A stretch of DNA of 27,804 bases from Candidatus Thalassarchaeaceae archaeon (lineage in GTDB: Archaea; Thermoplasmatota; Poseidoniia; Poseidoniales; Thalassarchaeaceae), in contig JASLKH010000023.1 in assembly GCA_030747675.1 (NCBI GenBank), positions 1-27,804 of the forward strand. The letters run 5' to 3'. A model generated the notes under the pieces. That model made no database searches, was not told the DNA's origin, and worked only from the letters and a program-made list of their open reading frames with translations. The position numbers and the translations under genes are program-made. Below are positions 7,213 to 15,478 of this stretch, one piece after another (position 1 is the first letter of the stretch; each line of letters opens with the position of its first letter).

Positions 7213-7917
7213 CTACTCTTCTGACCAATTCACGTCAGTGCCAAGTGATGCCTTTTCCTGCTCATCAAGAGTAGTGGCCACTTTACTCTCTGCGTCCCAA
7301 TCTGCACCATCTTGCCAAGAATCAAGGTCTGGATTAAGTGATGAAAGAGCAACTGAAAGGTCAATCTCTACTTCTTCATTTTCCGTCGAAGATTCAGTCG
7401 CATTGCGAATTTTTTCAAGACGATCGAAATGGGTATCCCATGCTTCAATCGCCTTTTGCATAGCGAATATGGTGAACGAATGTTTGTTACTAGCACGGTC
7501 CCCACCTCCAAACTCACCCTTCCTAACAAGATACGAATCACCGATACATACTGCAACATAAACAGTCCCTACTGGCTTGAATTGATCGCCACCTGTAGGG
7601 CCTGCAATGCCAGTAATCGATATGCTCAATTCACTGCCTGAATTCTTCCTTGCACCTTGAGCCATGTCAAGAGCGACGCTGTGGCTAACTGAACCTTTTT
7701 TCTCCAGCGTGGAAGGGTTTATTCCCAACTGAGTTATCTTCGATTCATTCGAATAAGTGACCCATCCCTGAGTAAACCATTGAGACGCTCCAGATATATC
7801 TGTAAAGGCAGAGGCAAGTAATCCACCAGTACAAGATTCTGCAACAGACAGGCTCCACTCATACTTACGTAGACGCCGCACTAAGCGGGCGGCGAGCATG
7901 GAGGCTTCCTCACTCAC
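7213..7917 (-). CDS. cinA: CinA C-terminal domain / NMN deamidase (PncC) with acidic tail
   Basis: VAESCTGGLLA, GAS.WF..G.VTYSNESK, SITGIAGPTGG..KPVGTVYVAV. Start is either GTG 7917 or ATG 7899. Confidence 0.9.
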   Translation of the reverse strand: MSEEASMLAARLVRRLRKYEWSLSVAESCTGGLLASAFTDISGASQWFTQGWVTYSNESKITQLGINPSTLEKKGSVSHSVALDMAQGARKNSGSELSISITGIAGPTGGDQFKPVGTVYVAVCIGDSYLVRKGEFGGGDRASNKHSFTIFAMQKAIEAWDTHFDRLEKIRNATESSTENEEVEIDLSVALSSLNPDLDSWQDGADWDAESKVATTLDEQEKASLGTDVNWSEE

Positions 7918-8012
7918 ATCTTATCGGCGTCGACGGGCGTTCTTAGGGGTTCTGCTTGAGGTTTTGAGCGTTATTTGACTTCATGGGGGTTCAGTAATTG
8001 CTTTGAACGGTC

Positions 8013-9596
8013 GTGCAAGCCCTATGGCCTGTGAGCGAAGCCGACTGGTCAACTATCTACCAGAAAGTGACCCAAGCGGGTCTACTTCCTGGGCGTTCGG
8101 TACGTGAACGATTGTTGGAACTTCCCGATATTGATCGCTTAGTCGATGCTGCTAAAGCAATTGGGAAAAAAGGAATTCTAGATGAAAGTGCTTTGGATGC
8201 TTTACTAATAGAGATGGAGCCTAAGCCTGCAAAGAATACCGATAAAGTAGTTGCACGAACCATTGCACCTGTTTCAACTCCTGAACCTACAACTGCTGCA
8301 AGAATTCACGACTTAGACCATTACAAATTGGCAGATTTTCCAATGAATGCAAAGGATCTCGATTCTGAAATTAATGTCCATTTTGACATCACAGGAAAGA
8401 GTGTGACTGAGGGTAAAAAAGAAGATATAAACTCCTGTTTTAGCAATCGATTAAAGCAGATCCGAAAGATGATTCTTGATGGAGGTTTACCCAACCGGCC
8501 GATTTCTGCAAATGATGCTGTTCGGCAGCGCCGACGGTTCTCAACCAGTGATGACACCTGTACTATTATTGGACTAGTAAATGGTCCTCGAACAACAAAA
8601 AATGGACACTTGATATTCAGTATTGAAGATAACTCTGGAGAATTGACTTGCTTGCTTTCACAACGTGATGAAGAAAGTGAAAATCAAGAAATTGTACATG
8701 CAGGACTGATGCCTGATGATGTTATTGGTGTCAGTGGACATTTTAGCCAGACAGGAGATCTCTTTTATTGCGAAAATCTCCATTTTCCTCCTCTTAATCA
8801 GCATCAAAGAAGGTCATCTGGAGAAGACCAAGCCGTCTCTGCCGCCTTTATTTCTGATTTGCACTTAGGTAGCAAAACATTCTTGGAATCACAATGGCAC
8901 AAAATGATTCGTTGGTTCAATGAAGACCCCCTGGCACAAACAATACGATACCTTGTGATTAGTGGAGATGGTGTTGATGGTGTTGGAATATATCCTGGAC
9001 AAGAAAAGGAATTGAATATCTCTGATCTGTTCAACCAATATTCACGCCTTGGAGAGATGTTGCAAGAACTTCCAGACTGGGTAGATGTACTATTACTCCC
9101 TGGAAATCATGATGCTGTAAGGCCCGCAGAACCGCAACCAGCATTAGACCCTGAATTACAAACTGATTACAATAATACAATTTTCGTTGGAAATCCTTGT
9201 GATTTCAGCCTACATGGAGTTAGGGTTCTTTCCTATCACGGTGTTTCAATCATGGATTTCGTATCGTCGCTTCGTACTGTAACTTTTGAGAAACCAGAAG
9301 CAGCAATGAGGGCCATGATAGACCGGCGACATCTTGCACCTTCATGGGGGGGGAAAACGCCACTTTCACCTGAACCAGAAGACCGATTAGTTATCTCAGA
9401 TATTCCCGACATATTTGTCACAGGACATGTACATGGCCATCATACTGAGAATTACAAAGGAGTTAATTTAGTCCACAGTAGCACTTGGCAGGATCAAACT
9501 AGCTACCAGAGGATGCTAGGGTTCCAACCTAAACCATGTATCTTAACAGTCGTTAACTTACACACACATGCAACTGCTTCAATCCCGTTCGTCTGA
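8013..9596 (+). CDS. polD1: Archaeal DNA polymerase D small (proofreading) subunit DP1, 527 aa
   Basis: OB-fold (IIGLVN..RTTKNGHLIFSIED.SG) followed by calcineurin-like phosphoesterase motifs FISDLHLGS, SGDGVDG, PGNHDAVR.AEPQP, YHG, RRHLAP.WGG, GHVH and TWQDQT.YQ. Confidence 0.95.
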   Translation: MQALWPVSEADWSTIYQKVTQAGLLPGRSVRERLLELPDIDRLVDAAKAIGKKGILDESALDALLIEMEPKPAKNTDKVVARTIAPVSTPEPTTAARIHDLDHYKLADFPMNAKDLDSEINVHFDITGKSVTEGKKEDINSCFSNRLKQIRKMILDGGLPNRPISANDAVRQRRRFSTSDDTCTIIGLVNGPRTTKNGHLIFSIEDNSGELTCLLSQRDEESENQEIVHAGLMPDDVIGVSGHFSQTGDLFYCENLHFPPLNQHQRRSSGEDQAVSAAFISDLHLGSKTFLESQWHKMIRWFNEDPLAQTIRYLVISGDGVDGVGIYPGQEKELNISDLFNQYSRLGEMLQELPDWVDVLLLPGNHDAVRPAEPQPALDPELQTDYNNTIFVGNPCDFSLHGVRVLSYHGVSIMDFVSSLRTVTFEKPEAAMRAMIDRRHLAPSWGGKTPLSPEPEDRLVISDIPDIFVTGHVHGHHTENYKGVNLVHSSTWQDQTSYQRMLGFQPKPCILTVVNLHTHATASIPFV

Positions 9597-12500
9597 GGTC
9601 TCATCGAATAGAGTTTCTTCGGCCCCGAAGGAAAAATAATCCAACTCATTTTTCCGAGTTCTAATAAATGCGAAAATAACTGCAATAATTACACCCAAAA
9701 GTGCAATTTGTACAACTGGATCTTCAATTAATTCACTGATACCTTTGCCATCATTTCCCTGTTGATCTTCCGAATCACCATTTGAATCAAGGTCATCTCC
9801 ATCAGAGGGGGGATTCGAAACATCTTCTTCCTGAATAATGAAATTAACATTTGAAGTGTTGGTATTCCCTGATGCATCGGAAACTGTGACAGTTAGTGTG
9901 TAATTCTCAAGGGCTACAAGGTTGGGATTGAGTGTAATTGTCATTTCATGGTTTTTACGGAGAGCAAGTGTGTCACCAAGGAAATTTTGATCTACCACTT
10001 CCACAGATTCGGTAGCATCTTCACTCGTGTACCACGTTACTCTCAAAGAGGATGAATCGATGATTTCAACTGCCAAATTCAGTATATCAGGTGGAGTGGT
10101 ATCCACTTCATTTGTTGTGTTGAAAGAAATTGTAACAAGTGATGCATCCATAACCAATATTGAGCAATTGTAAGTTGATCCAGGGTCCAAATCTGCTACT
10201 TGTATCGCATGTGATAGCGATGCTTCGCTAGTAGTAAAATTCTCACCACCACAGGTAATTGTGCCGTTGGCAGATTTTGTGGTCGACCATTCAATGATAG
10301 CAGAGGAGGATGTAACACTAGATACACTCACTCCGAATACTTGTTGTGCAACATCTGGGAGTTCTATGCCTGTTAAAACTGCAAATTGTTGAGAGTTTAC
10401 ATCATACCCCCCTAACATTGTATTTTGATCACCATCGAATACAATATCTAGCACATTTGGATCATAATCTATGCCGTCTACATCACTTGGATCTTCGCCC
10501 CCACCAAGGCGCCAGACTTTGGCATCAGCATCTACATCTCTCCATTTCCCTGGACCAAACCCATCTTGGCTTCCTGACACAATAACGAAGCGGTAATCTG
10601 GAATGTCAGACCCAATAATTGATTTAGAAACTGTGATAGTTATTGTTTTAGTAGAAACGTCACCATTTACTTCAATTCCTTTTGAACTAGTTTCTCCACT
10701 TAGTGCATTAATGGATTTCACTGCACCAGGTTCACCCGTTGCTGAAATAGCCACTTCCCATGCCCAATCCTCATGAATGATAGCATTCGCACCCTCCAAC
10801 ATATCTGTCTCACCCCACAGGTAATCTCCTTGGTCGACATAAATTTGAACAATTTGATGACTGAACCCATTAGCTAAACTCCAGTAATCAGTCATCTCTG
10901 CAAACGTTAATTCAAAACGGGCATTCCATGAGCTCTGACTGACTTTGAGTTGAGTAATGTCGAACAGTCCCTCCCCTGGTGAGAAATCACTAGCTGTGGG
11001 GTAGGTAATATCTCCCTTTCCGTTTTCATCGCCAATTGTTTCGTTAAAGTCAAGGAGAGTTACCCACTCTTCCAAATCGGGTAATATCATTTCAGCAGGT
11101 GCAGGTGGAGCGATTTCAAAATCTGTGCCGTCTCCATAATCTGTGGTATTGTGCCAAGCAGTCACGACCTTGACACGAGTAGAATATCGTGGAGCAAGGC
11201 CAATTTCAGACCAAGGGATTTGGAACTCATAAACATTGTCGGCCGCACAACCACCAAGCACCGATTGACCAGAGAAAATCCATTGCTCATTGTCTCCCAC
11301 CATCCCTCCTGCTTCAAAAATATCATACTTAGATTGCCCATCTTCCCTCAATTGGTCAAAATTAAATGATATCATGTGCTTTGCTGGAAAACCAAGTACG
11401 GAATTGCCGTAATAAGTTCTGTAATTAGTTTCAACCTCATTGAAGTTGATGGCATTTGGTTGCATGAAGTAGATGGATAAATCAGGCATTGCATCCATGT
11501 CCATCAACTCCCAATCTGCTGGTGTACTCCCCATATCGACTCTGACGTAAACATTTGATGCATCATAACCAAGATGGAATGATTCAATATCCAAAACATC
11601 ACCAGTATTTGTTGCATTGTACAAGGCTGCACCATCCCATTCACCAGGTAAAGCAATCCCATCAATCATTGGCTCAATCACGCCACCATAGGGCTCATCC
11701 GGCAAAGCAGGGTTAGTCCACAAGTCCTGTAAATAAGGAGGTAAATCGAGATTTACAGCACGATAAATATTGGAAAGATGAACTTTGAAGAGAACATCCC
11801 ACATCTCATCATACCCGCTATCTTGATCTAAGCCATACCACCAATACCAGTCACTGCCTTCAGCAATATACAGACTCTCCCATGCATCCATCAAACCGGA
11901 GTGATTGGGGTTCTCTACTTCAAAGGCAACCAAGGCTTGACGCGCCTCTACAGTGCGCTGCCAAGCAAGACTCTCCTCAGCCTCTCCTGCCCATGTCGAG
12001 AGTGTACCATCAATCCAAGAACCTGTTCCAATGACATCAATTTCTGGTAAAGTGAGATTCATCTCAAGGAACTCCCCTGGTGTTGTTGTCACCACGGTTG
12101 GATGCGTGCTCAATCTACCGAACCATTCCTCTGTAAATGGGCGGCCGTTGTCTTGGTGCTGGAACTCAGACATAAACATCCAATTTTCACCATCGAGAGC
12201 AACGGTGAGCAGATGCTCGCTGGGGTCTTTACCCTCATCCAATAGTTGTTGACGAATGTTGTCACAATATGCAAGGAAATCGGAGACTGCCGCCTCTGGG
12301 GTCATCGAACCATATTGGAAAGCGATTCGATCACTGATTACACGGTCTCTGAAGATGGTTGCAACATCCCCTACCATCCAAGGTGTCGCAAGGTTAGAAG
12401 CGACGGATACATCGATAGTTTGCCCCGACATGTCAGTCGATTCCTCAAGGTTGATTTCGTCAGTGACCATCCACTCGATACCAACATCGGCGACTGGTTG

Positions 12501-14078
12501 AACCATGTCAGGAGAGACGGATTGTTCACTGGGCCACATACCGACTGGTCGGAATCCCAATTCTTGTTCAAACAAATCCATCCCAGTCTGCAAGTGGTTA
12601 GTGACATCTTCTGGCCACGAATCTTTGTTGACTCTAATTCCATCTTCAAAGGTCCATCCATCCATCATCAATAACGGCATGATTGGATGATAGTACGGAG
12701 TTGTTGTCAGCTCAATTTGACCGCTGGTAGCCAATTCTGAGTACATTGGAAGAATGTTCGACATGTGGTTTTCTTGGGCATCTAAAACATATGTCAAGTC
12801 GGTCAAAGTATACTGCCCATTTTGCATGAATAGATCAATTAGACCTTGGTCAAGGTGGCTTGAATTGTAATCTCCTTGGACATAGGATGGGCTGAACTGA
12901 TAGAGATACCATAATACTTGCAAATCAAGGAAGTCCTGTGGACTCAAGAGGGTGTCATCCATAATAGTAGCAGGTTTCAGATTGTGCAATGTCATCCCAT
13001 GTAATTCTGAATATCGTTGACTGGAAGGGTAAACCCAACCTACTCGTGAATCATCTGAAGAGACATTGTAAATCCACCCCGAATTCCAAAAAGATTGGAA
13101 TTGCATTGTGTGTAATTCCAATGCTGTAGCATTTGGATATCCACCAGTATTCCATGAACGACGAGCAATGTCGGTATGTACATCTAATACACCATTTTCT
13201 GAATAATCAAGTAATTGCTCAATAAATGAGGGGACCAAATTGTACGTGACTTTTGTATCAGTTCCAGAAAGGATACCTGGGCTGTCGACATATTCAGTCA
13301 TTGCATGTACTCGGACCCAAGGCATCTCAACCATTCCTGTCAACTTATTTTTGTAATATGGTTGATGTTGGTGGAAAACAATTGCCAAATTGAGGGCATC
13401 GTCGACCTTCTCAAGTGGGGTGTTTGAAGTTAATACTTCTACATCAGCACTTGATTGAGAAGTTGATCGGTTTTCAATTTGGTACCAATGAGTAAAGGTT
13501 TCAGCACCATTTTCTGAAGCAGGATTTTCTTGAGGGAAGGATGTCCACACATTACCTTCATCTTGCCATTGCGACCAAGCGATCACTCCGATATTTTCAG
13601 GTGATCCGATATCGCTCCATGGAATTGAAAATTCAGTGATTTGGTTGCCAGACCAGCCAACATATGCATCGGGTATAATAGAGGATTCAACCCACGCACT
13701 TCCGTCATAAAATTGGATTGAAAAATATGATGCGTCTTCAAGAACAAATGCGAAATCTGCCGCGAATGGGAGCGTTTGAGCGAGGTTCCAATTTCTTGAA
13801 AGAGGGCTCCCCCCAAAACTTGTATTTAGATAAATAAACAAATCTGCACCCTCAGATTCACTTTCCCAATCAGTACCAGACCATGCAAAGAACAAGTTTG
13901 TGCTATTCCATGTCATTTGGAAGTTTACTGAATTAGAATCTATTGACGAAAGTGTGTCAGAGGGCCAATCTGACAAATCACCATCGACCGTAATTTCATC
14001 AGGAATTGTTGCGGTGACTAAACTAAGCCAAGCAGGTGCCAGAAAAAGAACGGCGATTAGAATTGCACCTCGACGCAT
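9579..14078 (-). CDS. apu: Secreted, C-terminally membrane-anchored GH57 amylopullulanase (DOMON-like / glucodextranase-C-like and Fn3-like modules), ~1499 aa
   Basis: Signal peptide MRRGAILIAVLFLAPAWLSLVTA. GH57 conserved regions HQHQP, ELTTTPYYHPIMPLL, GMWPSEQ (Glu), VALDGENW (Asp), AEGSDWYWW. Then GDE.G.G..TYPT..DF...LFDI, two Fn3-like units, an acidic linker and a TM helix (IALLGVIIAVIFAFI). Confidence 0.92.
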   Translation of the reverse strand: MRRGAILIAVLFLAPAWLSLVTATIPDEITVDGDLSDWPSDTLSSIDSNSVNFQMTWNSTNLFFAWSGTDWESESEGADLFIYLNTSFGGSPLSRNWNLAQTLPFAADFAFVLEDASYFSIQFYDGSAWVESSIIPDAYVGWSGNQITEFSIPWSDIGSPENIGVIAWSQWQDEGNVWTSFPQENPASENGAETFTHWYQIENRSTSQSSADVEVLTSNTPLEKVDDALNLAIVFHQHQPYYKNKLTGMVEMPWVRVHAMTEYVDSPGILSGTDTKVTYNLVPSFIEQLLDYSENGVLDVHTDIARRSWNTGGYPNATALELHTMQFQSFWNSGWIYNVSSDDSRVGWVYPSSQRYSELHGMTLHNLKPATIMDDTLLSPQDFLDLQVLWYLYQFSPSYVQGDYNSSHLDQGLIDLFMQNGQYTLTDLTYVLDAQENHMSNILPMYSELATSGQIELTTTPYYHPIMPLLMMDGWTFEDGIRVNKDSWPEDVTNHLQTGMDLFEQELGFRPVGMWPSEQSVSPDMVQPVADVGIEWMVTDEINLEESTDMSGQTIDVSVASNLATPWMVGDVATIFRDRVISDRIAFQYGSMTPEAAVSDFLAYCDNIRQQLLDEGKDPSEHLLTVALDGENWMFMSEFQHQDNGRPFTEEWFGRLSTHPTVVTTTPGEFLEMNLTLPEIDVIGTGSWIDGTLSTWAGEAEESLAWQRTVEARQALVAFEVENPNHSGLMDAWESLYIAEGSDWYWWYGLDQDSGYDEMWDVLFKVHLSNIYRAVNLDLPPYLQDLWTNPALPDEPYGGVIEPMIDGIALPGEWDGAALYNATNTGDVLDIESFHLGYDASNVYVRVDMGSTPADWELMDMDAMPDLSIYFMQPNAINFNEVETNYRTYYGNSVLGFPAKHMISFNFDQLREDGQSKYDIFEAGGMVGDNEQWIFSGQSVLGGCAADNVYEFQIPWSEIGLAPRYSTRVKVVTAWHNTTDYGDGTDFEIAPPAPAEMILPDLEEWVTLLDFNETIGDENGKGDITYPTASDFSPGEGLFDITQLKVSQSSWNARFELTFAEMTDYWSLANGFSHQIVQIYVDQGDYLWGETDMLEGANAIIHEDWAWEVAISATGEPGAVKSINALSGETSSKGIEVNGDVSTKTITITVSKSIIGSDIPDYRFVIVSGSQDGFGPGKWRDVDADAKVWRLGGGEDPSDVDGIDYDPNVLDIVFDGDQNTMLGGYDVNSQQFAVLTGIELPDVAQQVFGVSVSSVTSSSAIIEWSTTKSANGTITCGGENFTTSEASLSHAIQVADLDPGSTYNCSILVMDASLVTISFNTTNEVDTTPPDILNLAVEIIDSSSLRVTWYTSEDATESVEVVDQNFLGDTLALRKNHEMTITLNPNLVALENYTLTVTVSDASGNTNTSNVNFIIQEEDVSNPPSDGDDLDSNGDSEDQQGNDGKGISELIEDPVVQIALLGVIIAVIFAFIRTRKNELDYFSFGAEETLFDETSDERD

Positions 14079-14137
14079 GGTGCCTGCGAGGACATTCAGC
14101 ATCAAAGGTTTTCCACCCCCACGGCCGAAGACCATTC

Positions 14138-15427
14138 ATGCGCGAGTCGGGAGTGCTGTGTCACGTTGCATCTCTACCGTCTGGAAAACTTGGCCCTGAT
14201 GCATTTACATTCATTGATTTGATTGCTGAAGCAGGTGCAACAGTCTGGCAAGTCCTCCCTATTACCCCCCCTGATGAACATCGAAGCCCATACGCATCAA
14301 CAAGTGCATTTGCAGGTCATGTTGCATTGTGCGACCCTACATTTGAAGAATATCCAGATCATGAATTAATTCGTCAATGGCTAAGTGTCAATGCACATTG
14401 GGCATGGGATTGGGGGCTTTATGATGCACTCAAAGAAGCTCATGATGAAGCTCCGTGGTATGATTGGCCTGAACCACTTCGCAATCGACATCCAAAGGCT
14501 ATTGAAGAGGCCTTAGAGAAATATATGCCACAAGTCAGAGGGCGCATTATGAATCAAGTTCGATTTCAAAGAGACTGGATGATTCTCAGGCATTATGCTT
14601 CTCAAAAAGGTGTCAAATTATTTGGTGATTTACCGATTTTCGTGGCTAAAGATTCTGCTGATGTGTGGGTCCGACCGCATTTATTTCATCATGATGTTGT
14701 TGCAGGTGTACCACCTGATTATTTTTCTGAAAATGGTCAACGTTGGGGCACGATGCTCTATGACTGGGATGCACATCGTCAAGAAGAGTGGATGTGGTGG
14801 CAAATGAGAATGGCCAGATGTTGTGGATTATTTGACATCGTACGTATTGATCACTTCCGTGGTTTTGAATCTGCTTGGGCGATTCCAAATGCAGATTTGC
14901 ATGCAAAAAATGGTACATGGGTTGAAGGACCAGGGGATGAAATTTTGCAAGTATTGATGGATGTAGCAGGTGATACCATGATTGTAGCTGAAGACTTAGG
15001 CATCATTCCGGATTCAGTTATTCAACTTCGCAAGAGACACAACCTTCCTGGAATGGCAGTTCTTCATTTTGCATTTGATGATGAAAATATTGACAACCCT
15101 CATCGTCCAGAAAATATTTCTACTGACAAAATAGTGTATACTGGAACTCATGACAACGACACATCTGTAGGCTGGTGGAATGAAAGTTCTGAAATAAGGA
15201 AAGAGCGCGTATTGGAATTAGGTCTTGCAGGAGAATCTCCTTGCCAAACTCTGATTCGGATTGCCATTGAATCTTCAGCTATTTTGGCAATAATTCCATT
15301 GCAAGACTTAATTGAAGAAGACACAGGAAGTAGAATGAATACACCGGGAACCACTACTGGGAATTGGCAATGGAAATTTGATTGGACTGATTTGACCAAT
15401 GGAAATTGGAATTTATTGAAGCGTTGA
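14138..15427 (+). CDS. malQ: 4-alpha-glucanotransferase (amylomaltase, GH77), ~429 aa
   Basis: SGVLCHVASLP, WQVLPITP, SPY.STSAFAG, LFGDLPIFV..DSADVW, AGVPPDYFSENGQRWG, RIDHFRGF, IVAEDLG, YTGTHDNDT, RMNTPGT..GNW.W. No signal peptide. Confidence 0.95.
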   Translation: MRESGVLCHVASLPSGKLGPDAFTFIDLIAEAGATVWQVLPITPPDEHRSPYASTSAFAGHVALCDPTFEEYPDHELIRQWLSVNAHWAWDWGLYDALKEAHDEAPWYDWPEPLRNRHPKAIEEALEKYMPQVRGRIMNQVRFQRDWMILRHYASQKGVKLFGDLPIFVAKDSADVWVRPHLFHHDVVAGVPPDYFSENGQRWGTMLYDWDAHRQEEWMWWQMRMARCCGLFDIVRIDHFRGFESAWAIPNADLHAKNGTWVEGPGDEILQVLMDVAGDTMIVAEDLGIIPDSVIQLRKRHNLPGMAVLHFAFDDENIDNPHRPENISTDKIVYTGTHDNDTSVGWWNESSEIRKERVLELGLAGESPCQTLIRIAIESSAILAIIPLQDLIEEDTGSRMNTPGTTTGNWQWKFDWTDLTNGNWNLLKR

Positions 15428-15432
15428 TTTTC

Positions 15433-15455
15433 TGAATTTGTAATAGTCAAATTCA
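15433..15455. promoter_or_regulatory. Inverted repeat TGAATTTG-N7-CAAATTCA between malQ and glgP
   Basis: 8-bp perfect inverted repeat 5 nt after the malQ stop, seen directly. Its role (operator, terminator or RNA stabiliser) is unknown. Confidence 0.3.
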
Positions 15456-15478
15456 TAGGACTGTGGAAGCGGACCGAG

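Noticed and set aside
7914-7919. ATG-TGA start-stop mini-ORF overlapping the GTG start of cinA
   Set aside because: The cinA start is uncertain (ATG 7899 has a plausible RBS) and a 6-nt pattern is easily coincidental.
7918-8012. Possible replication origin/ORB upstream of DP1 (two GGGGTTC(A/T)G copies near 7946 and 7986)
   Set aside because: No match to the ORB core I know (TCCAGTGGAAA plus G-string), no cdc6/orc1 adjacent, and no AT-rich unwinding element.
14036-14137. Extended N-termini of malQ (14036) and apu (14135) from the ORF track
   Set aside because: They overlap head-to-head. Family-typical starts are MRESGVL (14138) and the signal peptide MRRGAIL (14078).
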